DNA from: an uncultured Bacteroidales bacterium
GTDB taxonomy: Bacteria; Bacteroidota; Bacteroidia; Bacteroidales; P3
Reading direction: 5' to 3'
NCBI GenBank assembly: GCA_900319865.1
Contig: ONQD01000009.1
Span: 10,590-74,589 of the forward strand
DNA: 64,000 nt
The notes beneath the pieces are model-generated. The model searched no databases, was not told where the DNA came from, and worked only from the letters and a program-made list of their open reading frames with translations. A program made the position numbers and the translations under genes. Positions 55,737 to 64,000 of the stretch are shown in pieces; position 1 is the first letter of the stretch, and every line of letters begins with the position of its first letter.

Positions 55737-57428
55737 ATGAGTGCTTCAAACTGTCCGGAAACACCGAGACAAAAAATGATTCAGATGATGTACCTCGTGT
55801 ACACGGCCATGTTGGCACTGAATGTGTCGGCAGAGGTTGTCGAGGGCTTTAAGACAGTAGGTAATGCAATGACCAAGTCGAATGAGAACATGGTCGTAAA
55901 GCTGGAAGACACCTATGACAATTTCGAAGCCGCACTCAAAAACAACCCCGCTAAAGTACAAGAGAAGTACGATAAGGCACAGGAGATTAAAAAGCTCTCC
56001 AATGAATTGGTATACACTATTGATACAGTTACCTACAGCTTTATTGGCGAATTGGCCAGTAAGGCTGAGATTAGACTGATAGATCCATCCGACAATGAGA
56101 AGACGATTACACGAGTAATACCCCTTAAGAATGATGATGGATCAAAGAACTTCGACAGCATAGCCGAAGCATTAAAGATAGGTGGTTTCAGTTGGTTGAA
56201 TAAATTGGACGACAACCACGCTGGAACACGGTACTTCATTGGTGACGCCGAAGGAAAAGAAGTGACTGAAGGTGCAGCAGCTGAAATCAAAAAGAAAATT
56301 ATTGAATACAAGCATGCAGTAAAGGAAAGTTTGGGGGCTGATTCCAGCCATGTGACTTTAGGGTTAAATGTTGAAGAGTACCATCTGAATAGTGAGGGTA
56401 AACCAACTTCATGGGAACAGTTGAACTTCAACAACACCGTGGCCGGTGCTGCACTCGTAACTCTTACACGTATGAAAGCTGAAGTCATGAATGCTGAGTT
56501 TGATGCAGTAAATATGCTTTACAAACAGATTCGTTCCAACGACTTCTCCTTTGATAAAGTAGCCGTTATTACACGTCCTCGCTCCTCATACATTATGCAG
56601 GGAGGAAAATACGAGTTAATCGTAAATGTGGGCGCATACGACTCGAAAGCTAAATTCGAGGCCAATGTTGGAGGCGCACACTTTACTTCTAACGACTCAG
56701 GTCAGGTGGTGTATTCCACTATCTGTAACACTACTGGTCCAAAGACCATTACCGGTACTGTGTATGTGAAGAAAGATAACGGAGTTGAAAGCTACGATTT
56801 TAAAGAGACCTACTTTGTGGCAGAGCCAATGGCAGTATTTGAACTGACAGAAATGAACGTGGTATATGCAGGTATTGACAATCCAGTGAAGATATCAGTA
56901 CCTGGCGTAGCTGCACATAATGTAGTTGTATCGCTTGCCGACCCGAACCAGGCCTCTATTATCCCCGATCCGAAATCGGGTGCAGGTCATTACATCATTA
57001 AACCGAAGGTCACGAAAGGAAACATCAAAGTCAACGCTTCGATTAAAGATGGTAATAACACCCGTTTCGCCGGTGCGACCGAATTCCGCGCAAGACCTCT
57101 TCCCGACCCCAAGATTTTCTTGGGTAAAGTTGAAGCCGGAAAAGGTATACCCATCAATGACTTGAAAAACCTAAAAGCCCCATCGGTAAGATATGGTCAA
57201 GAGTTCGCCTTCCACATGAAGACTCCTACCATTATCAAACAAACTATTGATATTACCAAAGTAAACGGTGCTACCGATATTGAAAACAGAGGTGCTCAAT
57301 GGGGTGCCGAACTGATGAGCTACATCCAAAAGGCAAAACCCGGATGCAAAATCACATTGACAATCGATGTTAATATGCCCGACGGATCGAAGCGTAGTAT
57401 TAGTAACACTTTCCGAATCACAAGATAA
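55737..57428 (+). CDS. porM: T9SS protein PorM/GldM
   Basis: TPRQKMIQMMYLVYTAMLALNVS N-terminal signature. 563 aa. Confidence 0.85.
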   Translation: MSASNCPETPRQKMIQMMYLVYTAMLALNVSAEVVEGFKTVGNAMTKSNENMVVKLEDTYDNFEAALKNNPAKVQEKYDKAQEIKKLSNELVYTIDTVTYSFIGELASKAEIRLIDPSDNEKTITRVIPLKNDDGSKNFDSIAEALKIGGFSWLNKLDDNHAGTRYFIGDAEGKEVTEGAAAEIKKKIIEYKHAVKESLGADSSHVTLGLNVEEYHLNSEGKPTSWEQLNFNNTVAGAALVTLTRMKAEVMNAEFDAVNMLYKQIRSNDFSFDKVAVITRPRSSYIMQGGKYELIVNVGAYDSKAKFEANVGGAHFTSNDSGQVVYSTICNTTGPKTITGTVYVKKDNGVESYDFKETYFVAEPMAVFELTEMNVVYAGIDNPVKISVPGVAAHNVVVSLADPNQASIIPDPKSGAGHYIIKPKVTKGNIKVNASIKDGNNTRFAGATEFRARPLPDPKIFLGKVEAGKGIPINDLKNLKAPSVRYGQEFAFHMKTPTIIKQTIDITKVNGATDIENRGAQWGAELMSYIQKAKPGCKITLTIDVNMPDGSKRSISNTFRITR

Positions 57429-57450
57429 TAACTGAAAATAAATAAATACC

Positions 57451-58347
57451 ATGAAAAAAGTATTGTATGGCTTAAGCCTCATTATTCTTACTCTCGGTGG
57501 ATTATCTGTAAGTGCACAGAACATCATCGACTCTGAGGATGACAACAATTTAAGCAGGTTCTATTCTCGCAAGATGACGCAGACCAAGCAGGCTATCCCC
57601 TACCCCTACCTGCGTGAAAGCGATGTCATCTGGGAGACTTGCATCTGGCGCACCATCGACTTTCGTGAGAAGTTCAATCAATTCTTCTATTTCCCGAAGG
57701 GCGAGGACTCAGTATACAATAACCAAGGTCGTACCAACCTTGCATATCTCGTTTACAAATCGGCTGCTAACGGTGAGATCGAAATCTTCGACGACGATGA
57801 ATTGAAGATTCCTATCGACTGGGAGAATATGTACAGAAAGCTGAACAAAGCTGATACCACAATGACCGATCCTGTTTATGATGAATATGGTGAAATCATC
57901 GATGAAGGACACGATACTATCAAATACAAATCCTTCACTTCGGACGATTACTACAAGATTCACATTAAGGAATTCTGGTATATTGACAAACAGGATACCC
58001 GTATGAAAGTTCGCATCAGATCAATGGCTCTTGTCGACGAGAACTGCAAAGAGATTGACGGTGAAATGGAGTGCAACCCCACTACCCGTTTCTGGATTGA
58101 TATGGACGACATGCGTGTCCGCAATATTTTTGCCAGAACCCCGGTTTATGACATCTACAATAACAGTACCGAGCGTAGCTATGACGAAGTGTTTATCAGC
58201 CGCTACTTTGATAGTTTTGTGACCCGCGAAACCAATGTATACAACCGCGAAATCCACGACTATCTCACCGGTGAGGACGCTCAGCTCGAATCACAAAGTA
58301 TTGAAGAGCGCATTTTCGATATTGAATCCGATATGTGGGAATACTAA
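57451..58347 (+). CDS. porN: T9SS ring protein PorN/GldN
   Basis: Signal peptide. LRESDVIWETCIWRTIDFREKFNQFFYFP. Position after porM. Confidence 0.85.
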   Translation: MKKVLYGLSLIILTLGGLSVSAQNIIDSEDDNNLSRFYSRKMTQTKQAIPYPYLRESDVIWETCIWRTIDFREKFNQFFYFPKGEDSVYNNQGRTNLAYLVYKSAANGEIEIFDDDELKIPIDWENMYRKLNKADTTMTDPVYDEYGEIIDEGHDTIKYKSFTSDDYYKIHIKEFWYIDKQDTRMKVRIRSMALVDENCKEIDGEMECNPTTRFWIDMDDMRVRNIFARTPVYDIYNNSTERSYDEVFISRYFDSFVTRETNVYNREIHDYLTGEDAQLESQSIEERIFDIESDMWEY

Positions 58348-58398
58348 TAAGATGTAATATTACAAAGATATCGAATAAAACTCGGACATAATCACAGG

Positions 58399-58437
58399 AG
58401 AGTTAAGAGTAAGTTCCTCTTATTCTTAACTCTTTTT
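58399..58437 (+). terminator. Intrinsic terminator after porN
   Basis: AGAGTTAAGAGTAAG-TTCCT-CTTATTCTTAACTCT forms a 15-bp stem with one mismatch, followed by TTTT. Confidence 0.65.
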
Positions 58438-58468
58438 CATTGCATAACAAATCACACATTATATTCCC

Positions 58469-59338
58469 TTGAAGTTGTACCGTAAAATAATAATGATATT
58501 GTTTTTTGCTGTAGTCCTATACATGCAAACCAATGCACAATGGGTGGAACAGCAACCAAACGATTATTATCAACGAAGTATGACATGGGAACAAAAACCA
58601 CAGGAATATGAGTTTGTTCGGGAAACAGATGTATATTGGAGCAAAACTCTGTGGCGAATAATCGATGTAAGGGAGAAACAGAACCAATATTTTTATTACC
58701 CCAATAGTCCAGATGGGGTAAGAGGGAGAAAAAACCTGGCGTACGTCCTTTGGGATGCAATTAAGGCAGGTGAGATTGAGCTTTTTGAAGATGATGAGAT
58801 GAAAATCCCTTTAGATGGAGCCAAACTAGTGGAGAGGGCTACCCGCAGCGATACTGTACAAATGGAAGTATACGATGACTATGGTGAGGCCGACTACACC
58901 ACAATCTATGTTCCACACGAATTCACATCAGAGAATATATATCAATACGAGATTAAAGAAGCCGTTTTTCTGGACCGGTCTCGTAGTGGAATGCAAGTTC
59001 GAAAACTGGGATTGGCCCCACTGGAAGACAAGTATAAAGTAATCGACGGGGAATTGGAATACTTGGGCACAAACCCCCTTTTCTGGGTTCCGATGCTCTC
59101 TTGGCAAGTGAGGGTGCTACTAGCTAAAAAAGAAGCCTACTGCAGGGAGAATTTGGTCCACATGCCCACATGGGAATATGCGTTCAATTCGTTCATGTAC
59201 GACTCGTTTATCATTCGAGAAGACAATGTATGGAATAGAGCCATTCACGATTATCTTACCGGAGAAGATGCCCTCCTCGAATCCGAACGAATCGAGGAGG
59301 AAATCATGAACATCTCTATAGATATGTGGGAATACTAA
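58469..59338 (+). CDS. Second PorN/GldN-family paralog
   Basis: VRETDVYWSKTLWRIIDVREKQNQYFYYP and a shared C-terminus IHDYLTGEDALLES...DMWEY. TTG start at 58469; an in-frame ATG at 58493 is an alternative. Confidence 0.75.
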   Translation: MKLYRKIIMILFFAVVLYMQTNAQWVEQQPNDYYQRSMTWEQKPQEYEFVRETDVYWSKTLWRIIDVREKQNQYFYYPNSPDGVRGRKNLAYVLWDAIKAGEIELFEDDEMKIPLDGAKLVERATRSDTVQMEVYDDYGEADYTTIYVPHEFTSENIYQYEIKEAVFLDRSRSGMQVRKLGLAPLEDKYKVIDGELEYLGTNPLFWVPMLSWQVRVLLAKKEAYCRENLVHMPTWEYAFNSFMYDSFIIREDNVWNRAIHDYLTGEDALLESERIEEEIMNISIDMWEY

Positions 59339-60669
59339 TCTGCCAAGCAGGCGTCCAATTCTCGAACAATTGACTCTTTATCCATATGTTGTCCGATAAA
59401 GACTATCTTTATCATTCTGTCACCATACTCTTCATCCCAATCATGAACCAAACCAGCATCCTGCCTCATCATCTCCAATAACTCATCCTCGGGCATTGTG
59501 GCATACCATTGGCCAGCATTGGCCAGTTTCACCTGTACTCCTGCCTGTTCAAAGAGATATGACATATCCCAGTCATCGGAGAAATAACAGATACCTTTAG
59601 TCCTAATAATATTCTTCGGCCATGAGAAGTTGACATACCTGTTGAACTTATCAATGTCGAAGGGTTTACGTCTGTAGTAAACAAAAGTACCTATCCCATA
59701 CTCTTCTGCCTCTCCTTCCTCTTCATTATGATGGTGGTGGTGATGGTGATGATGCCCGTGGTCATCATCTTCGTGTTCATCATGCTCGTCATCATCTTCG
59801 TGCGAATGGTGTCCATGCTCATCGTCTTCATGGTCATGATGGTGCGAGTGTTCGTCATCGTGGTCATGATGCTCATGATCATCATCCAAATGATGTGGCG
59901 ACTTTGCTTCCTCATCCTCTTCTTCCGTAGTAAGTCGTTCCAACTCTCTCACCCATCCAGCTGAACCGGATGTTTCTCCATAATCAAACGAGCCCGTATT
60001 GATTATCTCGTTCAAATCGACATTGGCATAATCAGCTTCAATAATACGCACACCAGGATTCAATTGCAATATTATTTCCTTCAAGCGAGTCAACTCTTCC
60101 GGCTTAACTTCCGACACCTTGTTCAGCAATACAATGTTACAGAACTCGACCTGCTGAATGATAAGGTTTTCAATATCCTCTTCTCCAATCAAAGAACCCA
60201 GCAGTCGGTCTCCATTAGAGAATTCGCTTTGCATACGCAGTGCATCCACAACCGTGACCACACAATCCATTCGCGGAATACCGTATTGAGTATACTCCTC
60301 CCCCATTCTGGGTATGGAGCAAATAGTGCGGGCAATCGGTTCCGGCTCACAAATACCACTAGCTTCAATAACAATGTAGTCAAACTTATCCCGTTGCATA
60401 ATCTCTGTTAACTGCTCCACCAGATTCATCTTTAGTGTGCAGCATATACAACCATTTTGCAGAGCCACCAGACTTTCGTCCTTCTGATCCACAACGCCTC
60501 CTTTTTGTATCAAAGAGGCGTCTATATTCACTTCTCCTATATCATTAACAATAACAGCAAAACGAATACCCTTTTTGTTCTGTAGGATATGGTTGACCAA
60601 AGTAGTTTTGCCGCTGCCCAAATAGCCTGTCAACAGCAGCACTGGAGTAATATTACGATATTTTTTCAT
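59335..60669 (-). CDS. COG0523 (CobW/ZigA-like) metallochaperone GTPase with a very long His/Asp/Glu-rich insert
   Basis: P-loop GYLGSGKTT, CICCTL metal motif, insert HHLDDDHEHHDHDDEHSHHHDHEDDEHGHHSHEDDDEHDEHEDDDHGHHHHHHHHH, and a CobW_C-like end. Confidence 0.85.
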   Translation of the reverse strand: MKKYRNITPVLLLTGYLGSGKTTLVNHILQNKKGIRFAVIVNDIGEVNIDASLIQKGGVVDQKDESLVALQNGCICCTLKMNLVEQLTEIMQRDKFDYIVIEASGICEPEPIARTICSIPRMGEEYTQYGIPRMDCVVTVVDALRMQSEFSNGDRLLGSLIGEEDIENLIIQQVEFCNIVLLNKVSEVKPEELTRLKEIILQLNPGVRIIEADYANVDLNEIINTGSFDYGETSGSAGWVRELERLTTEEEDEEAKSPHHLDDDHEHHDHDDEHSHHHDHEDDEHGHHSHEDDDEHDEHEDDDHGHHHHHHHHHNEEEGEAEEYGIGTFVYYRRKPFDIDKFNRYVNFSWPKNIIRTKGICYFSDDWDMSYLFEQAGVQVKLANAGQWYATMPEDELLEMMRQDAGLVHDWDEEYGDRMIKIVFIGQHMDKESIVRELDACLAD

Positions 60670-60724
60670 TATAAAAGAAATTAGTTATATCCAACTATGG
60701 AAACTCATCACCCAATCCTCATCC

Positions 60725-61768
60725 CTACAACTGCGACGAACCCGAAGCATAGTTGCGCCATTTGCTTATAGCCGCCGAAAAATCCTCGGGAAGTGGACTT
60801 TCAAAATGCAGGTGTTTGCCCGTCGACGGATGGTCGAATCCCAAAATAAAAGCATGCAAAGCCTGTCTGGGAATCAACCGGAAGGCATTTTCCACAAACT
60901 GTTTATATCTTGTAAACGTTGTTCCCTTAAGAATACGGTCACCCCCGTATGCGGCATCGTTGAATAACGGATGTCCAATATGTTGCATGTGTGCTCTGAT
61001 TTGGTGAGTCCGTCCGGTTTCAAGAACACATTCTACAAGCGTAACATAACCGAAACGTTCCAACACCTTCCAATGCGTCACGGCATACTTTCCTCGCTCG
61101 GGATCGGGTGTCACATGCATAATACGTCTATCCTGCGGTGAACGCTCAAGATTGCCTACTATGGTGCCGCTGTCCTCATCAAATCCGCCCCACACCAGCG
61201 CCATATACTTTCGTTCTATGCTGTGCTCAAAAAATTGCTTTGCCAGCACCACCTGTGCCTCCTCGTTCTTGGCCACAAGCAGCAACCCCGAAGTGTCCTT
61301 GTCAATCCTGTGCACCAGATAGGGCTGCTCCGGCACACCGCCGCGACCTGTCTTGCCTTGCATATAGTACAGCAAGCCATTTAGCAATGTCCCTGTGTAG
61401 TTGCCATGCCCCGGATGCACCACCAGCCCAGGCTGTTTGTCCACCACCAACACATCCTCGTCTTCATATACGATATTAAACGGCACCTGTTCAGGCAACA
61501 CTTCGAAATCGTGGGGTGGCTCAGGCAACAATATACTGATATCATCACATGGCTTCACCTTGTAATTCGACTTGGCGGCCTTCCCGTTCACCAGTATGCA
61601 GCCAGCCTTCGCCGCTGCCTGTATCTTGGTGCGCGACACCCCCTCCAACCGCATCTGCAAGAATTTGTCCATCCGGAGCATCGCCTGCCCCTTGTCAACC
61701 AATATACGATGATGTTCGTACAGTTCCTGTTCCTCTACTTCTGCAATTGGAGATATATCAGTAGTCAT
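60725..61768 (-). CDS. rluD: RluA-family 23S rRNA pseudouridine synthase (RluD-like)
   Basis: S4 domain (MRMDKFLQ...SRTKIQ) and catalytic HRIDKDTSGLLLVAK. Confidence 0.9.
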   Translation of the reverse strand: MTTDISPIAEVEEQELYEHHRILVDKGQAMLRMDKFLQMRLEGVSRTKIQAAAKAGCILVNGKAAKSNYKVKPCDDISILLPEPPHDFEVLPEQVPFNIVYEDEDVLVVDKQPGLVVHPGHGNYTGTLLNGLLYYMQGKTGRGGVPEQPYLVHRIDKDTSGLLLVAKNEEAQVVLAKQFFEHSIERKYMALVWGGFDEDSGTIVGNLERSPQDRRIMHVTPDPERGKYAVTHWKVLERFGYVTLVECVLETGRTHQIRAHMQHIGHPLFNDAAYGGDRILKGTTFTRYKQFVENAFRLIPRQALHAFILGFDHPSTGKHLHFESPLPEDFSAAISKWRNYASGSSQL

Positions 61769-61799
61769 AATCCTATTCTATATAATAAATCGTTATTCG

Positions 61800-63668
61800 T
61801 CAATAAACAAACACTTTGCGCGCTCCCGACTGGCCTATTCTCACCCAATAGACTCCACGCGGCAGCGGTGTGGTCACAATACTGCACCTCAAACCCTCTG
61901 TTCCCGCCGAGGCATATACCTTCTGTCCCATTGCATTGTACACCTCCACTCCTCGGCAATCCTCTGCCTCTATATGTATTCTGCCTCCGTCAGCCCACAC
62001 CTTTGCCTCCTGCGGCTTCTCCGCATGGGCAATCCCCACCGTGGCCTTATGTCCAAAATAGGGTCTCATCATCAGCGAGCCTTCCAATATGCTGGTCTGC
62101 CAATGGGCACTGGTAAGATAGAAAATGTTTGACGATGCATCCGTGTTTCTGTCAAAACCCAGATTCAGATAATCCGACGACTGCTGCTCCAGCCCCACAT
62201 AGATAGTGCCGTTGCAGACCACAGGTTGCTCCAGTTTGTATCGAACATAAGTATTGAACCCTTCAAACATCGGATGCCTCCGCTCTATATCCTGATAGAT
62301 TATATTCCCCGGTTCTCCATCGGCATCATCCCACACCGTGATGAGAAAACGGATATTCCCGTTCTGTCCGCCCAGAGTTCTGTTGAAATACATATCCAAC
62401 GCCGTCAGTGTATCCTCCACATTGAGCCTAAATCGGTATGCCAACTTTATGCGCGAACTGGTCGACGTAATGCCGTAGCCGTTCTCCGGGCTTCCGTCGT
62501 CATAGGCATAATAGTTGTCAAATGTCTGTTGAAAGGCAATCGTGTCGTTCTGTGTATGGATGTCACCACTCACTCCTTCGCGCACACCGTGCACAATCGT
62601 ATACTGCCGGGGTTCCGATGTCATCGGGAAACTGTATTCCACCGGCGGATGTGCATGGGCGGAGGCTGTCTGATAGCTTTGCGCCGTCCAGTACACCGGA
62701 GCATTCTCAAAACCTCCGTCATAGGTATAAAGTGTCCGTCCCTGCTCATCCAGAATCTTATAGCCATAATTGGTGGCCAACTCTTCCGTAAACAGGTTTG
62801 TTATTAAAACATTCACACTATCCGCCATCTCTTCTGGCGTATACTGCCTGATAGGCATAGCCTGGTAATGTTTCAACAGTGTTGGTGCCGGATTCACAAA
62901 TGCCACATCTCGGGCCGCCTTGTCATTCCAGTTGCGGCTCACATTGATACACACATAATCAATATTCCATTGGTCTGCATTGCTCAGTATACCATTCTTG
63001 TTGATATTCGACAATGTGCAGTAGTTCCTGAAGCGAAAACGGAAATCCTTGTTCAGAAACCGCTCTTCAGTTATAGGGATTATCATAAACTGCCAATACG
63101 AGCCTGTCTCCTCCTTCAGCGTGTCGGCCTCCACGCCTTCCGTTGTCCAAATCCTTTCCCAATTCTGGTTAGTCGGGTCATAGAATTCCAACACCAACGA
63201 GTCCTGCTCTTCCGGCGTATCCCCTATCCTTTGCCACATATTTCCATACCCGCCGCCGGGCAGATAGAAGAAACTGAGGTATACCGAGTCACTCATCAAG
63301 ATAGCACGCCTGTATGGTGTGAATACTGAGTCCAGCCTGATTCTTTTCGACAACAGCGTATCGGCTGTAAACAACTGCCCAACCATCTTGGGATACAACT
63401 CTCCCTCAGCGTCGAATGCGTCCAGCGTGGCCATTCCCACCGTGGGGGGCAGCGGAGCATAGCCCTGATTGAAGAATGTGCCGCCCGGTTCCCACAGGCT
63501 CTCGCTTCGGTCCCTATCGCTGAAGTCGTCGAAAAAGGGCAGCGTCAAATACACATCGTCCCCTTTCGCCCTTGCCGGCACTCCATGCCGCACAGGCAGC
63601 AACACCTCCTGGGCTCCAACTCCCGCCACGAAGGTTAACAACAGCACTATGGGCAGCATTCTCTTCAT
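61800..63668 (-). CDS. Secreted T9SS cargo protein of unknown function
   Basis: Signal peptide MKRMLPIVLLLTFVAGVGAQ. C-terminal ...VEVYNAMGQKVYAS...LPRGVYWVRIGQSGARKVFVY is a T9SS CTD. An alternative start lies at 63680. Confidence 0.7.
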   Translation of the reverse strand: MKRMLPIVLLLTFVAGVGAQEVLLPVRHGVPARAKGDDVYLTLPFFDDFSDRDRSESLWEPGGTFFNQGYAPLPPTVGMATLDAFDAEGELYPKMVGQLFTADTLLSKRIRLDSVFTPYRRAILMSDSVYLSFFYLPGGGYGNMWQRIGDTPEEQDSLVLEFYDPTNQNWERIWTTEGVEADTLKEETGSYWQFMIIPITEERFLNKDFRFRFRNYCTLSNINKNGILSNADQWNIDYVCINVSRNWNDKAARDVAFVNPAPTLLKHYQAMPIRQYTPEEMADSVNVLITNLFTEELATNYGYKILDEQGRTLYTYDGGFENAPVYWTAQSYQTASAHAHPPVEYSFPMTSEPRQYTIVHGVREGVSGDIHTQNDTIAFQQTFDNYYAYDDGSPENGYGITSTSSRIKLAYRFRLNVEDTLTALDMYFNRTLGGQNGNIRFLITVWDDADGEPGNIIYQDIERRHPMFEGFNTYVRYKLEQPVVCNGTIYVGLEQQSSDYLNLGFDRNTDASSNIFYLTSAHWQTSILEGSLMMRPYFGHKATVGIAHAEKPQEAKVWADGGRIHIEAEDCRGVEVYNAMGQKVYASAGTEGLRCSIVTTPLPRGVYWVRIGQSGARKVFVY

Positions 63669-64000
63669 CACCAATCCCATCCTTCGTCAAAGTCATACCC
63701 CCCTTCTTCGGGGTAGATATCCTCATACAGGTCATACTCGTTATGTACAATTTTCGACGAGTCTACCTTGAAGTTCGAAATAATCCTTTCCACATCTTCC
63801 TCGGTGGCATCGCAATACCACACTTCAACATAGGTACCCAGCGGGTAGCGGGTCACACCCGTATAGTCAGGCGACAGCCGGTAGCATACTGCGCTATTCC
63901 TGTCGGTCACCTCTTCAAAATGTTCCTGTCCCACATTCAGCGATGCCGAAAGTATACCCCTGCGGGCTTTGGCGGGCGACTGACCTATAACGAAAGGCAC
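63668..64000 (-). CDS. PASTA-domain protein, C-terminal part (5' end outside window)
   Basis: PFVIGQSPAKARRGILSASLNVGQ...PLGTYVEVWY fits the PASTA pattern, followed by an acidic tail. The frame is open to the window edge. Confidence 0.5.
   Translation of the reverse strand: MPFVIGQSPAKARRGILSASLNVGQEHFEEVTDRNSAVCYRLSPDYTGVTRYPLGTYVEVWYCDATEEDVERIISNFKVDSSKIVHNEYDLYEDIYPEEGGYDFDEGWDW

Noticed and set aside
59691-59964. 74-aa and 78-aa ORFs rich in M/I/T/V
   Set aside because: These are alternative-frame and antisense readings of the CAT/GAT-repeat region that encodes the His/Asp insert of the COG0523 GTPase.

Overview
The window reads as chromosomal DNA from a Bacteroidales bacterium that has a type IX secretion system. 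Supporting evidence: TAnnTTTG -7 promoter boxes, a porP-K-L-M-N cluster, a UpxY-type NusG paralog, a BtuG-like lipoprotein, and T9SS C-terminal sorting domains. No integrase, transposase, CRISPR array or rRNA was recognised.

Housekeeping genes: uvrB (3' fragment), dcp, rnr, rpsF-rpsR-rplI preceded by six tRNAs, mutS, an SF1 helicase, a purine permease, ldcA, kdsC, rlpA, rluD.

Functional blocks:
- a cobalamin riboswitch followed by BtuB-like and BtuG-like genes and two tandem paralogous beta-barrel genes
- a four-gene electron-bifurcating-type [FeFe] hydrogenase operon (HndB-like, HydB, HydA, HydC)
- a separate DRTGG / GHKL-ATPase / HydS-like putative sensory module about 10.6 kb away
- a 1800-aa T9SS cargo protein
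- the T9SS core genes with a second PorN paralog
- a His-rich COG0523 GTPase

Most unusual observations:
- a macrodomain - class-M-like sirtuin - HxlR operon with no GcvH-L/LplA2 partner in the window
- a UpxY antiterminator gene that starts 2 nt after the hydrogenase operon's intrinsic terminator
- repeat-flanked small-gene cassettes (DUF4160/DUF2442 plus a 53-aa ORF)
- a 1.1-kb gene-free gap containing 33-bp tandem repeats and hairpins
- intergenic tracts strongly depleted in G

All calls come from reading the sequence and translations by eye. No database search was run.
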